Positions 48,689 through 57,260 of a DNA stretch of 64,000 nucleotides are shown here, piece after piece. Source of the stretch: Acidimicrobiia bacterium (lineage in GTDB: Bacteria; Actinomycetota; Acidimicrobiia; Spongiisociales; ZC4RG35); NCBI GenBank assembly GCA_965203555.1, contig CBDBCY010000004.1, positions 1,728,001 through 1,792,000 on the forward strand. The letters are read 5' to 3'. Under the pieces are notes generated by a model, which was not told the origin of the DNA, made no database searches, and was given only the letters and a program-made list of their open reading frames with translations. The position numbers were made by a program, and so were the translations under genes. Each line of letters starts with the position of its first letter. Position 1 is the first letter of the stretch.

Positions 48689-51040
48689 TTAACCAGACCC
48701 TCTCGACGTTGACCCTCCGCCATAAAGCCACGGGCCGATTTGATCCCACGCCAATTCCAGCAGGTTCTTCGTACGTTCTTCGATCACTTCCTTCGTCCAC
48801 TCCTCTACACCGGCCATATTGTTCAGCAGCCTTAGATGCTCCTGTCTTTGAAGTAAGAGTGTTGCCTTCCTACCAAAATCAATGCCTGCCACCCGGGCTG
48901 CTTCAAATAACTGTTCACGCTCTGCTTCTGACCGCGCCGCGAGCGTCCTGTAGAAGAGTCGCTTCTTCTCCCACCCCGCATTTCCGATCGTAGCGTTCTC
49001 GCGCTCCGGCAACAACACCAGGTTTCCCAAGAGTTGGCGGGTATCTGGGTCCTTATAGATGTCCGCTTCCCAGCCTTCTTGAGGCTGCGATGACGGCGCA
49101 ACATGCTCGACGGTCATGTATTTGGAACTAGTCCAAGTGCTGTGATTCATGTAAGCGGTCTCATCGCTGACTATGACACCGTCTCTAGTCAGCCAGCCCT
49201 TTCTCTCTTCGTGATCTCTAGCATGGTGGCTGGCGGCTAGGATGAGAAAACGTTTTAGAGAGCTCGGGCCGAACCTTCCGATTTTGGCAGTTCTCACCGC
49301 ATCAATCCAGGTGTCCCGATCCACGATTTGAAGGGCTTTGGAATCAAGCAGGCCCCGGAACACTGCACGCAAATGCTGAACCCTCAAGAGTTGATTGTTC
49401 TTCCCGACTCCTAAACAGAGGGGAGCGGCACCGGATGCAGTATTCCCCGCCATGACCTCTCGAAGGCACGAATCAATGCCAGCTGTGCCCCCAGTTGCAG
49501 CTCTCCTCAACACAACAAATGCGGTGACCGCCTTTGTCGCTTCCAACAACTGCTTCCCTGAGGACATGAGCCCCTCATGAGCCCAATAGCGGGCAAGGAT
49601 CGGGACAACTAAGGTTGTGCGCATATCCATCAAAAACTTAAGGCACAGTTTCAACATGTCAATGGTTATCTCATCCCAACCTCGTTCGCCCAATGTGGCT
49701 ATCGCTTTGCTGTTCCAGTATTGCGTACGAAAGTTGTTGAGGTCATATAGGGCTGTAACAAACTTCCTGCCAGAATCAGGGCTGCTCCTTTCAGACGCTA
49801 CGAACTGATCTCTCATGTAGCGACGTTGGGTAACCAAGTCGGAGGACATCTTCTGTCCCGTCATATAGAGGGCAAATGCAGTGACCAACTGTTTAACCTC
49901 TCGTTGTCTGGAGGACGCGTCTTCATAAGTAGCCGCGATAGTGTCTTCTATGTCGCCCCAATGCCTTTCGGAATCAGATCCAGCATATCCCTCCATCCGT
50001 TCTTCAAATCGAGCGACCAAAGGCTTACACGTTTCAAGAGCAGTCAGGGGTTCCCCGGTTGTATTGAGGCCATCGAATATGTCGAAGGCATCCTCCTCCT
50101 TTTGGGTTTCAACGCGAGTTAAGAGGACATTCTGCGTAAGATAGGAAGAAAACAGTAGCAGTCGAATAAATGCTTGTGAACTCGGCCCGTCTATGACAAC
50201 CATGCAGCAGCTATGTTGCATGGCATCCCTGTATTTCGCCAACCGAATAAACAATGACCGACAAGGGTACTCGAAGAAAAGGCCACTATCCACGATAGAG
50301 ATGTCTTCATGGGAGTCACCACCCTTTGAATCCTCCATTGTGTCAATAAGGTATTGATATAACATCTCCTTGATGTATTCGTAGATGCGCCGGACGTGAC
50401 TTCTAGCCGCGTCGTTACGCTCGGTATCACTCACTGGCATAGCGACATCTTCCCGTTCGTTAGAGAACCCGGCAATAAACATCGCTACAGGAGAACTGTA
50501 TGTCGCGTCTTGTCGCGAGGGCGCACGCACATCGGAGGACCGGATGATACGCGGATATGGGAAATAGTCAGCGAGCTTAATTAGGCGACCCACAGCGCAC
50601 TGATAGAGCAGCCACTGTTGCTCCTCAGCTTCTGCCTGAACCCACGCCTTGGTGTGACAGCACAGGGATGTCATTTGGCCGCGATTGTCTGCAAGGAGAT
50701 CAAATAATGCGCAAGCGACCAGGGTTAGAGATGTCAGCCGCTGCTGTCCGTCCACTATGTCAAGTGACATCCCTTCAAACGTTCGCTCTCCTTCCGTGGC
50801 CGCTAGAATTATGGAACCAAGGTACGTATAGGCTGAATCATCAACCGGGCTGTTGCAATGCCGATGGAACCCGCGAAGACAATCACCTAGAAGACGGGAT
50901 AGATGCATCCGGTCCCAATGATATGGTCGCTGGTAGATAGGTACTCTGTAACCGACATTGCCATTGTGGGAGTTCATCGTCTCCCAGAAGCTACCGGTCG
51001 TAGCTTTGAATAATTCTCTTCCTAGGGTTCGCATCGTCAA
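48689..51040 (-). CDS. sspE: SspE-like DUF262/DUF1524 NTPase-HNH nickase
   Basis: 783 aa; VPIYQRPYHW, DGQQR, NTTGEPLTALET.KP, TVEHVAP..LGNLVLL...EN; same locus and strand as sspABCD. Confidence 0.85.
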   Translation of the reverse strand: MTMRTLGRELFKATTGSFWETMNSHNGNVGYRVPIYQRPYHWDRMHLSRLLGDCLRGFHRHCNSPVDDSAYTYLGSIILAATEGERTFEGMSLDIVDGQQRLTSLTLVACALFDLLADNRGQMTSLCCHTKAWVQAEAEEQQWLLYQCAVGRLIKLADYFPYPRIIRSSDVRAPSRQDATYSSPVAMFIAGFSNEREDVAMPVSDTERNDAARSHVRRIYEYIKEMLYQYLIDTMEDSKGGDSHEDISIVDSGLFFEYPCRSLFIRLAKYRDAMQHSCCMVVIDGPSSQAFIRLLLFSSYLTQNVLLTRVETQKEEDAFDIFDGLNTTGEPLTALETCKPLVARFEERMEGYAGSDSERHWGDIEDTIAATYEDASSRQREVKQLVTAFALYMTGQKMSSDLVTQRRYMRDQFVASERSSPDSGRKFVTALYDLNNFRTQYWNSKAIATLGERGWDEITIDMLKLCLKFLMDMRTTLVVPILARYWAHEGLMSSGKQLLEATKAVTAFVVLRRAATGGTAGIDSCLREVMAGNTASGAAPLCLGVGKNNQLLRVQHLRAVFRGLLDSKALQIVDRDTWIDAVRTAKIGRFGPSSLKRFLILAASHHARDHEERKGWLTRDGVIVSDETAYMNHSTWTSSKYMTVEHVAPSSQPQEGWEADIYKDPDTRQLLGNLVLLPERENATIGNAGWEKKRLFYRTLAARSEAEREQLFEAARVAGIDFGRKATLLLQRQEHLRLLNNMAGVEEWTKEVIEERTKNLLELAWDQIGPWLYGGGSTSRGSG

Positions 51041-51411
51041 TAAGGGTACCCTGCACGGCAGGGCTGATTGGGTAGCTTGTTGAGTTGTCCGGTGAAGGCC
51101 GCAGGACAGCCTGCGGAAGTAGGCGTTGCCGGAACCCTAAGACGGCGTTGCACCTTAACACCACCTCTTCCGACCGCATCTAGGCCTTCCATCACCCTTC
51201 AGACCCTACCCCTGCAACCCGCTCTACCCAGGCACTTCCCTAGACCGGTGCAGACAGATACGTAGGCACTGCCAGAGTTGTCCCCATCGGAGCCGATCTC
51301 CCAAAGAACAATGTGGGGCACTTTGAGCAGTTCTCGTGGAATTCTCTGTTGATCAGCGCTGGCCGCGGCCTTCGATCGCGGGCTATTGGGCTTGTCTATC
51401 ACACGTTGTCT

Positions 51412-51876
51412 TTAGGTGGAGAGCATCTTTACTAGCCCACGGGCGAGATTCTGGAGGGCTGGAAGGTGGCCGGCTTCCATCATGTCCTTGACCAGTGGAA
51501 TTCCGCCCGCCGCGTATCCCTCTGCAATGTTTAAGACCTTACGCGGGTCTGCCACAACGAAGGGATCACCTGTATGCGCTATGGCTATCAGCAGGAGGAA
51601 CTCGATAGCAGCGAGGTCTCGCTGGAAGACTACGCCGGTGATGAAATCGTAACGGTCGGCGGCGTCGAAGGGCATGAATTGACGTTGTGATGCGCCTACC
51701 GCTGCAGCCAGAAGCCAAAAGTCGATGTAGCGAGTGAACGGAGCCTCCTCAATGCTCTTGCGTCTGCCACCTGTCGTGGCAAAGGTTGTGCTGTAGAGGT
51801 TCAGATCCTCCCGGTAGGCTCCAGGGATGTGGATGGAAAGGGGCGCAAATGGGTTGAAATCTCGGGATAGTGCCAT
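51412..51876 (-). CDS. pbeD: PbeD / phosphorothioation-associated protein 4-like
   Basis: 154 aa directly after the ATPase; PF.RY.D..LLAAAVG, LIAIA.T.DP, I.E.YA.GG pattern. Confidence 0.65.
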   Translation of the reverse strand: MALSRDFNPFAPLSIHIPGAYREDLNLYSTTFATTGGRRKSIEEAPFTRYIDFWLLAAAVGASQRQFMPFDAADRYDFITGVVFQRDLAAIEFLLLIAIAHTGDPFVVADPRKVLNIAEGYAAGGIPLVKDMMEAGHLPALQNLARGLVKMLST

Positions 51877-51878
51877 GT

Positions 51879-54008
51879 TCAGACCCTAGTCTTTCGTTCA
51901 CACAGACCGCATGATGAGTAGTGGTCGCAATCACACAGCAACGTCTCCAGTCGACCCGTCGCTGGGTCGTTGACTAGTTGCCTTGGATAGTGATCGGTGA
52001 AGGTCATCGTGTAGGTACGCCCGGCGTACCGATCTAGAATGTCTTCCACCCCTTGGACTTCACTCCCTGTAAGAAACATGACAAGTTGTGTTGCATTTTG
52101 AGCGGCATATTCCAGAAGCGATCTTCTCACAAGGGCGCTTGTCATCCCTAATGGTGTGTCCACAACATTAGGAGCTTTTACGCCACTAACCCGGACGAGG
52201 CCGAGGATGAAGGCCAAGGTCAGAGCCCTGCGTTGCGCTCCACTAAGGTCTCTATCTGGATCTAGCCGCTGTTCATCGGAGCCGAACACCACAATGTCAT
52301 GGTCGCGGCTTAGTTCCGCTCGGTTGATCAGACCTCCCACCTTGGGGTCGACTACTATCATCTGTAGGAAGATTTCGTTCATAGCGGCACTTACCTCTTG
52401 AACTGTTTCACTCTCCAAGGTCTCAATGGTGCCTTTAATCACAGTTTGTAAATCGGTAGCGGCCACTTCCTCGGCCAATCGCCGCCGATACTTCTTCCTT
52501 TTCCTTTGGGCGGCTAGTCGATCCTTCTTCAGTCGTGCCAATCTTCCTTTTGTGAATCGAATCCGCTCTGCCACCCTTACCGCCTCACCGGCTAGGCGTT
52601 TCATTTCACCTTCTTCCTCGTTCACCATCGCTTGAAGCTGGCTGATATCATGCTCTGGAATTGTGGAAATCCTAGTCTCTAGCTCCTTGACCAGCTTTTC
52701 GAGTCGTTGTTGATCGTGATCACAACGAGCAATGCCTTCCAGGGTGCCATTCGCCCGGGCCACCCAGGAGTGAGGATCATCGTCCCGACCGTTGGAGCGT
52801 TCTAGGAACCGAACGCCTGTGCTGAGATGGAGGAGCGTCTCGTGGCTTTCGTCAAGTCTTTTGACCTCAGCTAGAAGTTTGTAAAGCGCGGTGTGACCTT
52901 TTGTCCCTTCTGATACGTCCCGCCCACAGATGCACTTCTCACGACTGAGGCGGTCTCGCACGACATCTGGCAGTGTGTCAGGGATCACCCCTGTCGTTTC
53001 TAGCGTCCTAAGAAGATCACCGGCATAGGAAATCTGGTCAGATGCGATTCGCAATAGCACATCGGAATTGTTTATGAGGGCACGCTGTTCTTTGACCAGG
53101 TTGGTGTAAACCTTACGCTGGGACGCCAGCTCCCTCTCTCGCTCCTTGAGTTCGAGACCGAGTTGCTTCCGACGTCCACCACCGGCCGCTAGCGCTTCAT
53201 GTAGCGCTTCAGTGGCTTTGCGTTTACGGGTGTCGGTCGCCTGGCGGTCATTTTCTATTCTCTTCTTGTGTTCTTCCAGTTTCTGCAGGTGATCGGTTTG
53301 CTCATCCTCTTGCTTCGCTAGCTGCTCTAGGTCTGTGCCAGCAGCCTCCTTTCGGACAGCCGTCACTGCCTGTCTGCGGGATATCTCAACATGGGTATCT
53401 GCCTTTTCGAGGACATCTAGACCGAGTAGCTGCCTCACGGCGCGCTGGACTCGATCACGCTTCGCCGATCGTTCGTCTGTTGCTTCGATAAAAGACAGCG
53501 CACGGTCACCATCGATGAAAAAGATGTCCTTGAGGCTGGTCGGCAGGACCCGGTTCTTTATGAAGGCGGCAGGATTCAAAACGGGTTGAAAGCCTGTTGA
53601 TGTATCCTCCAGGAGCATCAGATCCGGTTCCTCAACCTCAAATGAGCCAGCCACGGTAGGCCGCTCCTTGGTGGTGCGCACAAGGTCATATGTACGTTCC
53701 TTGCCCGTCTGATCATCAATGGTGACGAACCGTATTTCTACTTCGGTTTCGCACGTCGTGCCCTCACTATGGGGATCCCAATCCAAGGGATGCATTCGGT
53801 AAATGGTTCTCCTGCCAGGTAGAGCCTTATCACCAAACAGCCCCCAGGTGAGAGCGTGTAAGAGAGTTGTCTTCCCAGTGCCGTTCTCGGCGCGAAGCAT
53901 AGTCAAAGGACGCTCGGGGTCGTTGGAGAACTTGACAGCCACTCTTCGGAGTTGACGGAAATTGCGGATTCTTGTGTGAAGGATTTTGATCATGGGGATG
54001 GTTGCCAC
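51879..54008 (-). CDS. pbeC: SMC/Rad50-like coiled-coil ABC ATPase (PbeC/DndD-like)
   Basis: Walker A AENGTGKTT, FFIDGD, long coiled coil with central CICG, signature LSGAQ, VVDTPLG; the real start may be ATG 53993. Confidence 0.75.
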   Translation of the reverse strand: MATIPMIKILHTRIRNFRQLRRVAVKFSNDPERPLTMLRAENGTGKTTLLHALTWGLFGDKALPGRRTIYRMHPLDWDPHSEGTTCETEVEIRFVTIDDQTGKERTYDLVRTTKERPTVAGSFEVEEPDLMLLEDTSTGFQPVLNPAAFIKNRVLPTSLKDIFFIDGDRALSFIEATDERSAKRDRVQRAVRQLLGLDVLEKADTHVEISRRQAVTAVRKEAAGTDLEQLAKQEDEQTDHLQKLEEHKKRIENDRQATDTRKRKATEALHEALAAGGGRRKQLGLELKERERELASQRKVYTNLVKEQRALINNSDVLLRIASDQISYAGDLLRTLETTGVIPDTLPDVVRDRLSREKCICGRDVSEGTKGHTALYKLLAEVKRLDESHETLLHLSTGVRFLERSNGRDDDPHSWVARANGTLEGIARCDHDQQRLEKLVKELETRISTIPEHDISQLQAMVNEEEGEMKRLAGEAVRVAERIRFTKGRLARLKKDRLAAQRKRKKYRRRLAEEVAATDLQTVIKGTIETLESETVQEVSAAMNEIFLQMIVVDPKVGGLINRAELSRDHDIVVFGSDEQRLDPDRDLSGAQRRALTLAFILGLVRVSGVKAPNVVDTPLGMTSALVRRSLLEYAAQNATQLVMFLTGSEVQGVEDILDRYAGRTYTMTFTDHYPRQLVNDPATGRLETLLCDCDHYSSCGLCERKTRV

Positions 54009-54223
54009 CCATCCTTTAGGAGGACTGTGGCTAAGGCGTGAGTCTGGTCGGTAACCTTCTTTTGGATCTGGGTTCTCGCTGCCAGGTGTTCTCTCTCAAG
54101 TACCACGATTTGGACCAGCGTTTCGAAGACGTCACGTCGGTAGCCCACAACCCGGTTAGCTTCGTTAATCAAGTTCACTTGATCCTGGAGCACCGACAAT
54201 AGTTTTTGCTGATTAACTGCCAT
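53990..54223 (-). CDS. pbeB: small helical protein (PbeB-like)
   Basis: 77 aa between the helicase and the ATPase, AGGA RBS, overlaps the ATPase start; name from position only. Confidence 0.6.
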   Translation of the reverse strand: MAVNQQKLLSVLQDQVNLINEANRVVGYRRDVFETLVQIVVLEREHLAARTQIQKKVTDQTHALATVLLKDGWQPSP

Positions 54224-54252
54224 TGTACTATTCCTAACTCATCTCCGTCTTC

Positions 54253-56406
54253 TTAAACAATGTAATCTAGCCGCACATCCTGGAGCACATCTCGTGGTCC
54301 CCGCGGGGACGCACGATTACGGGCCAGACTGGAAAAAGCGTCACATCGAGCAAGCTCGCCGCTAATCAGCCGCCGTACGTCGTCATCCTTAGGTTCACCA
54401 GGCGGTGGCAAAACCAGGAAGTCATGGATCGTGGCGTACTCCTTCCTAGTTGCGGGGCACATACGAAGGACTCGCCCCCGGCGCTGTATCCACTGGCGTT
54501 CCACCGTAGTACTTGCAAGAATGATCGCCGTGGAGATCTCAGGAACATTCAGCCCCTCGTCCAGGACCCGCTTGGCCGTCAGTATGTGTAGGGATCCCCT
54601 CCGGAACCCCTGCAAGACCGCATCGACCAGCTTGGCTTTGCCTGTTTCGTTGGCTGTGATCTGGTGATATCTTAGCCCCAAAGATCTGACAACGTGATTG
54701 ACTGTGTCAAGCTGTTGCGGATCCTTGTCGGTGGCGTAGACAAGTGTGTGCCTGACGCGGTGACCGGAACCCTGCCCGAGCAACTCCGTGAGTTTCCCAA
54801 GCTTTCCGGTCGCAGTCTCCAAGACCAACCGACGCCTATTCCGAAGGACTTGAAGTCGCTCTTCTTCCTGCACGCTCGGATTATCCCCAGCCATTCCAGC
54901 GAGTCTTCTGATCTGATAGCTGAATTGACGGTACTCCTCAAGTTCGGCGTGGCTGAGGGTTATCGGGTGGACGTGATATTCATATGGCACGAGGCAAACA
55001 CCGATCGCATCTGCAAGACCGAACTCGAACACGACGTCTCCGAAGTAGTCCACAAGCCGAGCTGAGCCTTCAGCATCGTATTGACGCTCAGGAGTGGCCG
55101 ACAGTCCCAACCGGTAGGCCACGTGCAATGGTGGTGAACGGAGGAAAGAACCTGCTCCGAGGTTGTGCACCTCATCGGCGATCAACATCATCGGTCCTTC
55201 GTAGCGGTCCAGAAGGGTCCGGAACTCTGGATCGTTCAGGAAGTCATTCGTCACGATGATTGTTTCCACCCCTTCCACTCCTAACTCGATTCGCTGCAGC
55301 CGTTGGTCAATCTCTCGGAGGCGTCGTCGCCGTTCATGCCTGCCTGCGACGTACGGCAAGAGACCAAAGTCCTCACACTCCTCAGCCCATTGAGCGATCA
55401 GTGGACGAGTTGGGGCTGCAACTACCACAGCTAGGTGGCGAAGCTCACGCCAGAGACGCCAGGCACAGAGAAGAGCGGTGATTGTCTTTCCGGAGCCGGT
55501 GGCCATGGAGAGAATGCCCTGTCGCCCGGCCCCTTCCCACCGCAGTACTGCTGTTGCTTGGTGCGAGTAACGACCAGTCTCCCAAACGAGGTCCGACGGC
55601 GGAGCGAAACCCCTTTGGTCGAATCTCACCTGAACAAATCTATTCCCCTCACTGCGTGTCAGCTTGCCCTCTAGCTGGAGTGCCTTGTGGTAGTCCGCTT
55701 CAGTTGGCGGCCTAGTCGTGTCGTATGACTGAACCAAGCCCGTTCGTAGGGCGAGAGGAAGATCCACAGCTATGGCGTGCGGTTTGGAGTTCGACCAATA
55801 GGCCTCGAACTCCTCAATCACCTCTTGGCATGCTGTCTCACTGTCTCCACCTCGCCAGCTGCGGTGAAGGTTGAGTCTCTCCACATTGCCGACTAATGCC
55901 CTTCCGGTAAAATTCGCTGATCCCGATAGGATCGCCACGTCACCATCTGATCGGAAAATCCACTCCTTGAGATGGAATATGGCATCTTGTACCATGACGA
56001 TCTTCATCACAAGTCGGCGGGATGCTATCAGATAGGCGAAGCACTGCTTGGTGTGTTCAGCTAGAGCACTGGCTAGCGCAGTCTCATCATTGAAGGCCGC
56101 TTCAAATGCCTCCATGAGCACCTCCACTGGTGTTCTAGTACCCAGCCGGATGGCATCCTGATCGGAGTCTGACAGCACAGGGCTTACCAACAGGCGCAGT
56201 GGTTGATTGCTCCGCAGAATGTAGGCAGCCAGACCATGGGAAAGCTCTCGAAGCGCTGCTCCACCAAAGTAGCCAACCATGCAATCGAAGCTATCAGCTA
56301 CCTGAAGCGCCGGGATGATCACGTCACTGACTACCGCGTCGTCTGGGCGGCGCCAGGTTGGTTTACGGTTGTCCAGAAGTCTCAGTCGTGACGGTAATTG
56401 TCCCAT
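54253..56406 (-). CDS. pbeA: PLD/HKD nuclease fused to an SF2 helicase (PbeA-like)
   Basis: VGYF, FHLK...SGSANFT; MATGSGKT, DEVH, GLSATPER, LDEGLNVP, QRRGRVLR. Confidence 0.78.
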   Translation of the reverse strand: MGQLPSRLRLLDNRKPTWRRPDDAVVSDVIIPALQVADSFDCMVGYFGGAALRELSHGLAAYILRSNQPLRLLVSPVLSDSDQDAIRLGTRTPVEVLMEAFEAAFNDETALASALAEHTKQCFAYLIASRRLVMKIVMVQDAIFHLKEWIFRSDGDVAILSGSANFTGRALVGNVERLNLHRSWRGGDSETACQEVIEEFEAYWSNSKPHAIAVDLPLALRTGLVQSYDTTRPPTEADYHKALQLEGKLTRSEGNRFVQVRFDQRGFAPPSDLVWETGRYSHQATAVLRWEGAGRQGILSMATGSGKTITALLCAWRLWRELRHLAVVVAAPTRPLIAQWAEECEDFGLLPYVAGRHERRRRLREIDQRLQRIELGVEGVETIIVTNDFLNDPEFRTLLDRYEGPMMLIADEVHNLGAGSFLRSPPLHVAYRLGLSATPERQYDAEGSARLVDYFGDVVFEFGLADAIGVCLVPYEYHVHPITLSHAELEEYRQFSYQIRRLAGMAGDNPSVQEEERLQVLRNRRRLVLETATGKLGKLTELLGQGSGHRVRHTLVYATDKDPQQLDTVNHVVRSLGLRYHQITANETGKAKLVDAVLQGFRRGSLHILTAKRVLDEGLNVPEISTAIILASTTVERQWIQRRGRVLRMCPATRKEYATIHDFLVLPPPGEPKDDDVRRLISGELARCDAFSSLARNRASPRGPRDVLQDVRLDYIV

Positions 56407-56411
56407 CCTTT

Positions 56412-57260
56412 TCAAAGGGCGCATACCGTGCATGGGGGTGCGTCGTCCTCTTCGTCGAGGACTCCTTCCAGGGCTTCAACCAAGGGGAGGTTAGCTCGTG
56501 CTCTTTTGGCGCGAGCCTTGGCTGCTTCGTGACGTTCAAGAATTTGGTCCCGTCGCGACACTAGCTGCACTAACGTTTCGCCACCAGACCAGGTGTATTG
56601 GCGTCCCCGCATGGCCCGATCGCCGAAATCGGCGTCACCGTCTACCCCGGCATCGGTAAGTACCTTCTGCTCGATGGCTACGGCGCGTTCGAATAGTTCC
56701 GGGTGTTGTTCGGATAGGCCGACCCATTCGGCCTTGCGTTGGTAGAAACAGAAGTAGCACCCAGACCGAGTGCGCCATTCGTAGTAGGAGGGTAGCCCGA
56801 TCCCGGCGTCTTCCAGGATTCTGAGCACTTGGTGGTAATCGACGTTGTCCTCGACAAACGGGAAGCGGGTCTTGATGTTTGGTTTAGTGGAGATATAGCC
56901 TTTCCGGTTGGATTCGTCGGCCCGGATCGCAACATATGAGATCGCGGGTGCGTCGCCGATCCACTCCTCGATTGGTTTGATCTTCATGATTTTGGTACAC
57001 CAGCGCATCTGGGGAGATGGAAGAGTGCCACGGAACACTTCAAACCAGTGGTCAAAACCTCTTTCGGCGTTGAGCCGTTCAATTGGTTTGCCAAGGATCA
57101 CCTCTAACCGGGTGAGGTATTCGTAGGTTTCAGGGAGTTCGGCTCCGGTGTCACAGAAGAAGTACTCCATGTCTGGGATCTTGTCACTCATGTAGACAGC
57201 AAGGGCGCTCGAGTCCTTGCCCCCGGAGATGCCGCAGATGTGGCGGACCGTTTCAACCAT
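56412..57260 (-). CDS. sspD: PAPS-reductase-family ATP pyrophosphatase
   Basis: ISGGKDSSALA, DTG.ELPETY, RWCT, RSGCYFCFYQR, C-terminal CTVC. Confidence 0.88.
   Translation of the reverse strand: MVETVRHICGISGGKDSSALAVYMSDKIPDMEYFFCDTGAELPETYEYLTRLEVILGKPIERLNAERGFDHWFEVFRGTLPSPQMRWCTKIMKIKPIEEWIGDAPAISYVAIRADESNRKGYISTKPNIKTRFPFVEDNVDYHQVLRILEDAGIGLPSYYEWRTRSGCYFCFYQRKAEWVGLSEQHPELFERAVAIEQKVLTDAGVDGDADFGDRAMRGRQYTWSGGETLVQLVSRRDQILERHEAAKARAKRARANLPLVEALEGVLDEEDDAPPCTVCAL

Noticed and set aside
48689-51040. Stand-alone GmrSD type IV restriction enzyme
   Set aside because: Same domain pair, but size, motifs and linkage to sspABCD favour SspE; not fully excluded without HMMs.
51199-51201. 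Selenocysteine read-through at the in-frame TGA
   Set aside because: No redox motif context and no convincing SECIS directly downstream; open frames are common by chance at this GC.
51879-54008. ATPase as DndD of a canonical DndABCDE modifier
   Set aside because: No DndB or full-length DndC; it sits in a helicase-small-ATPase-small order typical of Pbe, and the PAPS reductase is the short SspD type.
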